Assembly (NCBI GenBank): GCA_964188305.1
Contig: OZ076892.1
Source of the DNA: Podarcis bocagei
Taxonomy: Eukaryota
Length of the DNA: 64,000 bases
Direction: 5' to 3' (one strand)
Shown here: piece after piece, positions 37,401 through 49,400 of the stretch
How positions within the stretch are numbered: the first letter of the stretch is position 1
Layout of the letters: every line of letters starts with the position of its first letter
The notes under the pieces: generated by a model
Told to the model about the DNA's origin: nothing
Database searches by the model: none
What the model saw: only the letters and a program-made list of their open reading frames with translations
Made by a program: the position numbers and the translations under genes

Positions 37401-40400
37401 CTGGAGCAGCAGACAGGGCCATCATCTTGATCTTCCTAGACTGGACTGGCACAGCAGAAATAAACTCTAAATGCCTTAAAATAAAAGAACCAACAACCTG
37501 TATGCAATAACCCAAGCACACATAAAGCAAAAACACGAGGAGCAGCTCCCCATCTGTGCAGTGAGGCAGAAGCCTCAGAGCAAAGCTTCGCCCACAGGAA
37601 ACAATGGCAGGTGGAATACCCTCTGGGTGACATTGAAAACAGGAATTAAGTGCAATAGACAATCTCCTTCTCTCAAGGTTTCTAGAGTACATTCCAAAAC
37701 ACTGGAATATGAAGGAGCCATACCATTCCAGAGTAGGCTGGAACTATGGAAGCTGTACTTTATGCAGAATACCACACATCAATTCTGCAGTGTTGATAGG
37801 TCCAACTAGTCATGCTTCTCCTTCAGGGACACACTGCTAGACTAGGATGCAGAAGTGAATGGTCCCTTCCACATGAGGATAGGAGAAAAGTGCTCAGCAA
37901 AAGTAGTGAAGTGAAATTCTAGGCAGGGAAGCTACATGGTGTAGGAGGGTTAAGACTACCCCTCTTAGGAACGTAGGCCCATGAGAATGGATTGCTACTC
38001 CTGTCGGTTTCATAGGTAGACTGTCAATAGGTATTTCAGTCACTTGCAAAATCTGATATCACAATTTTTAAAGCAATGGTTATTCAGGATGAAATTCTCA
38101 TTATGAAAGAATTCAAAACGCTTTTCATAAGCAATAATCTCTAGAATGCAGAGCAACTAAAGTGGCAAATATGAACAGAAAATTCTGCCACTGAACAACA
38201 GGGTTCCATTCATCAGTGATCCATTCACTCTGGCATTTTGCAGGGGTCAGCGTAACACTGAAGGCAGACCTGATTTTCAGTTTATTCCCTCCACATCTTT
38301 ATCGGTTTTACTTGTGCATTATTTAGGCAAATTATGTTGCATTTCAGAGACACTGCAACTTTTTCGGGTAGCTGTCTAGGGATCTGGGGGGAAAGGCATG
38401 TGAAATTTTGCTGTCCTCATAGTACTGAATAGTTTTCATAGCCACTGTTTCCAAAGTGCTCCATACACCAATAAGGCAAAATTTTAATGGCAAGTACCAC
38501 TGTTTCTGCAGTCTTAATAAATACATTTCTATCTGGAAGAGGACCTGCAATTTACTTTATTCACATATGCAAGCAGGCAGTGGAGTGGCTACTTGAAATG
38601 CAACTTAAATAAGGAAGCAAAGTTTTGGCACCCCTGAAGGACGACTGTGGTAGCGAAGTAAAAAACTGGCAAACTGCTTGCCATATTCCACGCCTACATA
38701 TGTAAAGAGATTCTAGCTTTTGCAAACACCTCTCTAACATCTGTAACACAGTGTCACCTGGGGGGAGGGGGAGGAAACTGAGTTAAGGAAACTGCATTAA
38801 GTAGTGTACAAGCAGTGGCCATACCTGGCTGGTGGCAGTCACCCTCCCCTTCAAGGTGGCTGACCCAAGGCCACACCCAGAGGGCACAGGGATTCTCCTT
38901 GGAGCATATCCCACATGACCTCTACATCTGCCTTCAGAAGAGCTGCTGCTTCCTTTGGGCACAAAATAAATGAGTGGAAGACCCTCGGGACTGTCAAGAG
39001 CTGCACGAAGTGCCCACTGGCGGTGGCAGCTGCTGCTCAGGTACGTGCTCTGCCCTAGCTTCTTAGGTTTCTCTCCTCAGAGCAAGGACACATCCTCCAC
39101 CCTGAGAAAGCCAAAGAGCTCTGTGGGGCACTGGGAATCTTTTCCTCTCTTTTCCCCACAGCATGCAGTCCCCCTCAGCCAGGTCTTTCTTCATTTAAAG
39201 AACACAACCTCCTAGTGGATGCAGTGGCGAGCCCCCAGCATCATGATACTGGCTAGCACAAACAAACAACCATTTACTAACACGTTTCTCTACACTGATA
39301 TGACATGTTGCACGTACTGCCATTATGCAAAGTGGAATTTTTAAAAAGGGGAAATCAATATTACATAGTACTCTACTTGATCCAAGGGCATCATAACCTA
39401 CTTATGTTGAATAAAAAGCACCTTTCTTTCCCCAAGCTCTACCTGTCCAACAAATGCAGAGAATGCTTTGGTGCTGTCACGCCCAGCTGCTGCAGAGTGG
39501 TAGAGATTCACCCACTCCCTCAGGAGATATTCTGCCTTCTCCCTCAGGCCAGGGGGATCATCATACTCAGAGGCCTGAGAGATCCCAGAATGCATCATGA
39601 AATTTGGCCCTCCATGAGCACGGTCAATCATGGCTTCATAGTTGGACCGTACCACTTCCATCAGCTGGGGCAACCTATGAGAGATCCAGAACGAACATGC
39701 TTGGGTTTAGATTACTTGTGCTATGTGCATAAATTTTAAAAAATACCCCACAATAAACAGCATTGTATTTCAAACATTTGCATCACATCGTTGTCCCACA
39801 GAGATAGCATATGAGATGTTATTATATTATTGCAACCAAAACTATGACATGGTTTAGGGGCAAGAGTTGGGAGCCCAGTTGGCATCTTGGTTCAGCAGAC
39901 CTTTGAACCAAAGTCGCCTAGATTTAAGTCCAACATGCCATCCACTAACCCACAACGGCTCCATGACATAAGCTTCAAAGAAACACAGTAAGAATCTGAA
40001 TGAACTGCACCCTATTACTGCCAGATAAATTTGGAGATAAAAGGTGAGGTGACCTAGTCTAGTGCCTGGCATTAGGGAATGGATCTGCTGTAGTTGGGCA
40101 AGAACAGAAAAGAATGGCCTCTGTCCTTCAGCCCAAGACATCTAGGAGAGTGGACTACAAGTGCTTCAGAGATGGGGGGTATATTGCTTTTCAAAACCTT
40201 TGATCTGTCACTTATTATTACACTCTCAGTGTAATCAGCACTACCTTCCAGAATGAAGATTTGAAGGTGTCACACTAGGGCGTGCTTCCACAAAACCATG
40301 CCTAACACTGCAGGACTAAAAAGGCATGTCAGTCCTGCCTGCAGCAAACTTAAGGTCTGAATTACATATTCAGATGGCAATTTCAGAAAGTAGGTGGGAG

Positions 40401-43400
40401 AATCCATGTCTGAATGTTCCTCAATACGTGCAACTCCCTAAACACTGGAAAACTGCAAACTAGAGAAAGGGATTCTAGTCTTTTCCCCAAGGTGGCAATT
40501 TTTTTTATATGTTCACCAAGTTTCTGATGTGGAAGAGCATTCAAATCTCCCCTGACTATTGTTGCTAAAGTGGCAACAGTCTCAAAAGACATATCACATG
40601 GTACTTCCAAATATGTAGTATGATTCTAAATTGGAAGTAAATGTGCAATGGCCCATAATAAATCAAAGTTGTTCCTGGATTAAATAGAAAACTAAACAAT
40701 GGCTTGTATTTTGTAGATTACTCTCTAAATAGTTCGTTAAAAATGGAGATTCAGGACTGGGTGGGGGGTGGCACTCTGAAGCACAGTAGGTATTACACAG
40801 TGATCCCACAATGTAAAAGGAGTGGACAGGAATGGCAGAGCCTCACATCATCATCATCATCACTGCCAAACTTGCACTAGCAGGAAACATTCTTTCACAG
40901 GCACTCAACACTCTTAACATTACCCTTCTGGTGCATTCCCTCTGGAGTGAGCATTAATTCTCATCAAAGTTTCAATGGTGTGAAACAGATCTGCTTCTGT
41001 TATGTGAGCAACACTTCTTTCATCCACCAAGAGGATTTTCACCAGCTGCATTGCAAATGCCACTGCCATGTAGTTCAAGCCATTCTCCATTGACTGTCAA
41101 GAAAAAGAAGGCAAGAATGTGAACAGTTTTCCTTCTAAAGCATAAGCAGAGATTTAATAACTAACTTGGCGGCAGTATCTCACCTGAGCCAGGTGGAGGT
41201 CATACTGCTGCATGTTAACTAGGTGGTTACGGATCAGTAGCTCCACTGCTTCTACATTGTATTTATATTCATCTCGACATTCTATCAGGCACCTGGAAAA
41301 ATTAGATGTTTTCTTGTGTTAACTTTGTTTTCTCCTCAGTCTCAAGTTCCAAAAAACACAGAGAGGTAGCTACTTCTCCAATTATTCCACACATTCATTT
41401 CAGAAACACCAGCTGACTGTAACTGCCTCATGTTCAGAAAGCCAACAGACTTTGTAGCTGAAGATGAAGGAGCAGATTAAAGTCCAGCTGCCCCATTTAC
41501 AAAAGACTGTCCACCCACCAGCAATTCCATAAATGGAGAACACAAAAACCCTTTCCAAACAGGAGCAGCAGATCAGATGCCTATCCTCTGATGACCTGAA
41601 AGCATGTGAGGCAAGAGCAGGAAACCTCAAATTTGAAGTGCATAGGAAAGGGGTCTGGGTAGAAAAACTCAAAGCACCACTGCTGAAAATTTTGTGAAAC
41701 AAACACTTGCCCATCAGAACAATTAGCTGCAAACACTTGGTCAGAATTCTGAGGATCCAATGACCCATAAAGACCAGAAACAGCACAGGCAGCCACCTAG
41801 AGTGCCAAACCCTCACATCTAAGTCTACTGCTTTCCATAAGATTGTTGGTTAGGAGAGGAGCATCATCTATTTTAAATGGTTAGTTTCTGGAAATGGAAA
41901 CAGGAATTAGCTAACATCTTGAAATGTTGACAACAGCAAGGTGAACCCTTGCCTGTATCCATATTATGACAGCCAACTGCAAGCCAATACACTTCTAGGG
42001 TCCTATACCAACAACGCATGGAAAGCAAAATAAAATAAAATAAAATAAATTCTATCCGGCTTTTTTATTTCCGCTTTTACAGCTTATATGTGTAAATACC
42101 AACAGACAATAACCAGAAACTGTAGCCACATTGCTAGGAGCAGCTTATAACAATGTAAAACCACAAAGTTACAGAATAACTATTTTAGGAATCGAAAAAT
42201 ATTCATACTGCAAGTTTTCGATCCAAACTAGATGAAACTAGCAATTGTGTGAATGGCTTAAAAAAAAACCAAAAAGCAAATAGGGTAGGAATTGGGGCCC
42301 TAGCACGGCTCATGTCCCCTGCACCTGCCACAGTTTAATGAAACTTTCACTGCATGAATGGAAGTTGATCTCTGAATGAAGGTAGCAGGTGCAGGCTCTC
42401 CAATTCAAATAGAAACTGCAATGGGGGGACGGGGCACAAATGTTTTAAGCCCCGCCACACCAGACTCTCAATCCAGACAAAGGGTCAGTTTTGTTTAAGT
42501 TGCATGAATGGTAGTTTACCTCTTTTATCACCCAACTTAATTCTCACACCAATATCCTATTTCAGGAGAAAGCCCCAAACCCTTGACTACTGAATCCATA
42601 TGGCACTTATCATGCAACTCATAATGTAACTTAGTGGGATACAGAGCAGTAACTTACTAGGTGAAATCCTTATGTTGGCCAAAATCATAATATATTTAAA
42701 TAAACATATTTAAATAGAGCTTCTACAGCCTTCAAAGTTTTATTCTTTCATCACTGACCTTGTAATCTGCTTGTTGCACCATGGAGACCCATAAGCACGG
42801 CCATCCTGCAGTGCTTTTAAAACAAGCAAGTGACATTCCCGGTAGCGGAGGAGGAGGTCAGCATCTGCACCACTGGTGGCATCTAACAAACCTTCAACTG
42901 CCTGTAGGAAGAGGAGCAAACACTTAAAAGCAACATCTTACTGAGTCATTTGGAGAGGAATCGAACTGTTTTGCTCTCGGGAGACAATGCATTCGGTGGC
43001 TTTTGCATAGTATGAATGCAGCCCATTATCATCATCATCATCGCTGTACATCATCCTTGTACTTTTGCCTCCAACAATGCTCACCACCAGCACTCAAGCT
43101 TTGAAAGAGTAGCCCACAAGGGAAAAGGGCGGTAAAAGGGCTTCTAATGACAGACATTCCCAAGCAACTGTTTTTAAAGCCTCCTACACAACAGCCCAGA
43201 AAACACAGCAAAAAACAGCGGATGGCAGGAGGAACCGCTATATCCACTACAGAAGGATCCTTCCTCACCACTTGGAAAGCGGCTTTTCTTAAATAGTATG
43301 TATTTTCCCAGAATAATCTGTATTCAATCCTGACTGTTCTGATCCTGTGCTCAGTTCAAGTAGTTTAATGCTGTAACTGTGTGCATGTTTCTACAGTAGA

Positions 43401-46400
43401 AAGCTTCAGATAAAGTGAGCCTCTCTCCATGGCCCAGGAGTCACAGATATACAATGAAGCAAGTTCATACACAAACCTTCTGTAGCAGTCCAAGGGCTGC
43501 AATAGCATCACGAGAATTACGAGCCACAACAACAGCCTCCAAAAGGCTTCGCAAGGCTTGAGTCTGTGGATTCATAGACAGGGTGTGAGGAACGGACTGA
43601 AGGTGCTGCTCCAGTTCTGCCATACATTTATCATAGATCTGCGCGACATCATCTGTTGCCCAGGCTTGCTGATTTAAAAGAAATCAAGAATACTTTATTA
43701 GTTAAATGAATGCTAATGAATGAGAATTCTGACCATTTATCATGACAGATTTCTCAATAACTTTTTCATTCCATTACTGCATTCACCAGCAATATTGGCT
43801 GGTACTTTTTACACTTAACATTTAGCTAAAACAGCAAATCATCTGCAGATTTTATTGTGAACAGTTTATAATGAAACAAAGTATTGTTTGATAAATCGTC
43901 ATGGATTAAAAGGGGGGGGGGGTAATCAGTGAACTGGTTTACGTAATTAGCTCCCACAGAGTTCATAATCTAAATTTCTTTGTGTGGCATTTCATTCTGA
44001 CTTTCAAATAATACTATTAGACTGTATAGCTTTGAAGAGAAGCACAAACAATAAGCAACCTCTCTATTTTCTGGAAGCCTCCAATAACTTGTAAAATAAA
44101 TGGTCACAGTGTAGTTTACTTTAACCTCAGAATCACTTCAACCATCTCAACTGGATTTCTACCTTCATAGGCTGAGCTAGGATTCCTGTGGGTTGGGTTG
44201 AGTCATTGGTTGGTAAGAAACCAGGAACATTCCGTGCAAATTCTTCATAAACGGCTAGCTGCTTTGGGTCCACTCCACCAACCTTAAAAGAAAGTAGGAA
44301 AATTTGGATAAGTAGAAGACTCCAACAAGGCCTCCCAACTGATATTGTGGCGCTGATCATACTTTTAATTCTCTTAATTTCGCACCTTCAACCTGATCTG
44401 TTCTGGCATCCGTTCAGCCTGATAAGTCAATACTACAGGATCACAGTACCTACGACCCTCTTGCCTGGCATGTTTTCTGAGCTCAAATTCCTGGAAAAAA
44501 AGAAGAAGAAAAAGATGAATGACTTGGTAATCACATGATTTAACTTTTAACTGAAACTCTGCAACATACTTACAGTGGCCAGCCTCTTGTCCATTTCAGG
44601 GCCTGCTTTTTCTACAGCTGTCTTCTGAATGAAACAGCATGCCAACTCACAGTTATCTTGGGCTAACTGTGCTGCTGCCTGCTCCATCATCTCCCTCTGC
44701 TGTGGTGAGGCTGCCTATTTTAAAAAGCAAGCCATTAAAAAAGGACTATGCCCACAATGAGCAAATACTCATAATGTCAGTTACAGATGTTCATAAATAT
44801 GGCATCGCTTTGCATGGAGTTAGCATAAAGTAAACCATCAAGCAAATTACATGCTTCATTCAAAATCTACATATAAACAAAAGGGAAAAAATCTGCCAAA
44901 TAATTAGCATGTGCCCCACATTACATACTTCTAGTGCAATTCTATGTATGTGTTTTTTTCTGAAGTAAGTTCCAGGCATAGGACTGAATTCACTTATCAT
45001 AGGTGCCCTCTAAATGCAGTAATGGGATATTTTCCCTCATTAGTATACACAAATGCAAAAACCAATGTACTGGAACTAATGGCTTTACTAAACCACAGCA
45101 AAAGACCTTTAGTAAAAGATCCTTCAGTAACAGGCTGCCCTTATTTCTTCTCGTTTCTTCTAAAAATCAGGAAAATTATTTTGATTAATGCTGTCTGACA
45201 AATCAACAGAATTCTTATCTGCTAATGGCAAGACTCTTGTAAAGCTATTACTCATACCATTCCTTAGTGCTGCAAGGTTTTATTCAGCCTCAATATCAAA
45301 ATGGACATTCTCATGCCTGTTATAATGCCAAGAAAAGTGAACACAAGAAGATTCGCCCCATGAAGAACTAGCGCAGTTACAGCTGCAAGGCTGTGTGTTT
45401 TGTTGTAAACTTCACTTGCTTCCATAGCCCTTATGTGCAAGTTGTTGCTGCATCAACCATGGGCCACATAGCAAGTGTTCAGAAAGTCAAGCAGAATTGT
45501 TTCACAGATGAACTAAAGCAAATGCTAAAGTCTACTTTTTGGCCACAAGTCTAAACTACAGTTTAGCAAAATGTGAATGAGCCTGCTAGCCATGCCCTTG
45601 TCCCATCACTCCTCCCCTCCTCTTGCATGGCTGAAAAGAAGTGCAAAAGTTTTCACTTCCTTTTTTAGTTGATTACAGGTTCCTGTTTCATCAGAACCTG
45701 GAATTGTGGTTTAACACTAACAATGGTTAGTTTAATAACAAGCCAGCTGCAAAAACAATATCCACTGACAATATCCCTATCCACTGTTATTTTATAGAAC
45801 AATGGATTCCCCCCGCCCCCCATGGAAAAAATACAGCAGAAGTTCTCCACAGCACGTCACTGAAAAAGCAAAGGTAACGAACAACAAAAAAGAAAACTTG
45901 AGACTGGATTTAACAATGGGTTATTAATTTCAATCAGTGGAAAATGGTAACGGATGAGACGTGGTTTTCAGAAATCTTCAACGCACAATTCATAGCTCAG
46001 GATGCAAACAACAGCTGCAGAAGGCGCGCGCGCGAATCTTTCCCCTCCCAGCTGACAAAAAAATTATCTTTTAATCCTATTTGCATTTTTAAAAACATGT
46101 AGGTTAAATGCAGACACATCTCACTTCAAATCTAGTTCGGTCCGCATTCTCATCACCTTTCTATACTATTGAATCTGAGCAGGGCATTAAGATACATCAT
46201 GAAACTAACTCCTACCTGCAGAGAAACAGAGTACTACCAAATCTTGCTAGAATGCAATGCCACAAAACATGGGTTTAACTTATTCTGCTTCAAAAAAAAG
46301 TCTCTTATAAACTGCAAACATACCCGCAATGCAGTGGCAAAGCTGTTCTTCAGGTTGGTAGCTATGCTCATCAACAAAGGCTCCCTACAGGTGATCATAG

Positions 46401-49400
46401 CCATACCAGCAGTCAAATTCCTCATCATGTGATGTGCCGCTACACGCATGCGTGACTCTTCTGAATCTAGTGCAAAATCCTTCCTCACTATCTGCTCACA
46501 CGTAGTCATGGCAATTTTAATGGACCGATCCACCACAGGATGTACAAGTTCTTGGACTGCACGCTCTATGGCTTGGCGCACACACTGCTTCAACTGTGGA
46601 TGGGCCTGGAACAATGGAATCTGAGAAGGCAAAACCACCAAGAGTCAATGTCAACTTTTTATACACCATTGAAAGAAAGCATAAACTTATCCCTTCCAAC
46701 CTAAAGGTGGAAGTCTTCTCAAAGTGACCAGGTCTAAAAGCTTACCGTTGGATTGAGCGTAATGTGTGGAGCTAGCCCTCCCAGGGAGTAAACATTGATG
46801 TCATGGTAACTGTACTGTGGTTGTGGGGGAACAGTAGCTGTGCAAGTGGTGCTGGTAGCTGGTGTTGTAGAAGCAGCTGAGAAAATACAAGACCAAAAAG
46901 GATAAAAGTTTTAAGAGTATGTCCTAACATAGATTCAATACTACAAACTTGTTTTATAGGAAACAAAAGAATTTTGGCAACCAATATGACAGTGTTTGCT
47001 CAGGTCTAAAGACTTGCTGATAAGTCCGACAACGCTATTATCTTTGATATCAGAGATGTCACTTGAAAAGCAATCTGGAATTAGGTGAACTGCTCAGGTA
47101 GAATGAGTACTAGAATTTACTGTAGTATTCCTATTACCAGGACGTGGGAGGGTATCTTGTGAAAGGTTACTCTACCCAGGACTAAACTGAATTCCCTGTC
47201 TCCAGGTTTGCTAAAACAGTTGTAGTGTTAATAACATTAAGAGTAAGAGAGAACAGATAATAGAAAGAAGATTCCTTACTAACTGCCCTGTGAGGTGCAG
47301 GCTATATTTGTATGATACAAGGATGACTGTATGAATCATCCTTGACACTTACTAGTGGTCGTAATTGGTGGAAGCTCTTCTGGTTGTTTTACATCTTTCT
47401 TTGGAGCAGACAGCTGTTCATCCAAACTTTTCAATCGATCTTTGTCTTTTAGGAGGTTCCCAGGTTTCAGTTCACTGATGTCAAGGGCAAGGTTCTTGCA
47501 GAGCACTTCAATTTCAAACTTCAGATTCAGCTGTACAATATTTAATGATTTCAGGTTTAATAATGTAATTATTAGTTATGTATACCTGCTATATAAATCT
47601 TAAGGCAAGTTCTGAAGAGCTACATGCTTCAAGGCAAATATTTTGAATGAGGTGAAAACCACTGGAACATGTAATTTTCTGGAGAAAGTCTATTCTCATT
47701 AAACTGGCTACAGCTCACTAGCTAAGCTCAAATCTTCAAACAGATGCATTGTAACAAGTTGTTCAAAAACAAAGCAATGCTGAGGAGCTCAAAGCAGAAA
47801 ACTGAAACTTACTTTTAAGTCATGTTCCTGGTGCAGCTCTGCTAGTACATTCATAATAGCCATGGTCCAAGGATTTGGAGGCCGGAAAACCTACAAAAAG
47901 AGTGGAATGATAAAGTTAACAGTCCTGTTTCAAAAAGGGGGCTAGAACATCATTTAAATGGTGTTAGCAAAACAATGGAAACACGAGGCTGTAAACTTTA
48001 AGCCAAGGAGGAGAACCCAGTGGCCTCCAGATGCCGATGGCTGCCAGCTATCATCAACACTAACCAGAGGGTCCCACCTCTGCTTTGAACTAACACACGA
48101 CACAAAATATATGCAAGATTCTGCAAGTGTCATCACCTCTGTCCACCTACTTCCCTGCCCACGCTTGCCAGTCAAGGAGTAGCAAAAACCAAAACCCCTG
48201 TCCCCAGTACTAAACTAAGATTCATCTGAAAGTCCAGTTGTTTTCTCTCTGTTCAATGTGAGGAGCACTGTCCTGTGCTTTGGCTTAGGCTGCCAAGAGT
48301 CTTGGACCAATTCCGTCTACTTGTTTGTCACAGGACATAATACTTACCACACTTCTCACACTGGATTCCAAAACTTTGGCAACAAATGGCACGACATACA
48401 GAAGTTCTTGCTGCCCCTTAACATAAGCCTCCAGCAGTAAGGATTTCACATCCAAGTCCTAAAATAAAATGAGTATAAATTAAACCCAGCAATGGGCAGT
48501 CTCACACCCACAAATCAGAGTCCTTTCTTTTTTAAATTTTCTACATAGCCCCCCCCCCAATTATAAAAAGGCACCAAAAACTGAGCTGATTTAAGCATGC
48601 ACTAAAGTTTCTAGCCTTAAAGCCAGTTTATGTTTTTCTCTTCCACCCAGTCTCACCGTGTGCAAGATGGGTTTGTTTTTAGCCAGTGTGATCATCCCCA
48701 GCCAGTGACCCAGGTTCTTCAGCAAGGACCGGTCTGAAAAGTTGGCAGCAGCTTTATCTGATGTGAGTAGCACCTGAAGGATTTTTATTCCAGAGAGATG
48801 AAATCTTAGTTAGCAGAAAACCATGGTAAATCCATGAAAGTGCATTAACCATCTTCTTGTAGAATTAGACTAATGTTATTTCAAACAACAAATTTTAATT
48901 GGTCAACCAAATACAGCCTATAGCTATAAAGCAGGAAAAGGAAAGGAAAGAAGTAAATAAACAATCTCAGAAGTATATTAAAACATATGTGATAGAAAGC
49001 TTATAATATAGCATGTATATGTTATTATTAAATTAGTTTATAGACTGCTTCAAGGCATAAAGTCATCAAAGCAGTACACAAGGTAAAAACAGAATAAAAC
49101 AAAACATGAGCTCTAAAAGCAGAAAAATCAATTTAACCAACTGAAAACAGCAAAATGATATGGAGTACTTTCCTCTCTGGGATCTTGCTCAGGAGATCAC
49201 TTCTCCTAGAAAGGCAAACTACTTATTTGGGAGCTAATTGTTTGGGTCCCTGAAGGACAACTGAAAACAATGCTCCAGGGCCCATCTGTAGCACAGAAAC
49301 AGCAATCAAGGTAGTCCACCAACACATTACTTTGATGATCAAGTTCAATTAGTTTTCAAAATAGCAGCATCTAGCTCTGTTCATTGTTTTATTGCAGCAG

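Noticed and set aside
41583-41648. CTGATGA...GAAAC hammerhead-like core in a CNOT1 intron
   Set aside because: Helix II has only 3 bp, the cleavage triplet would be GUG (not NUH), and helix I does not close; consistent with chance.
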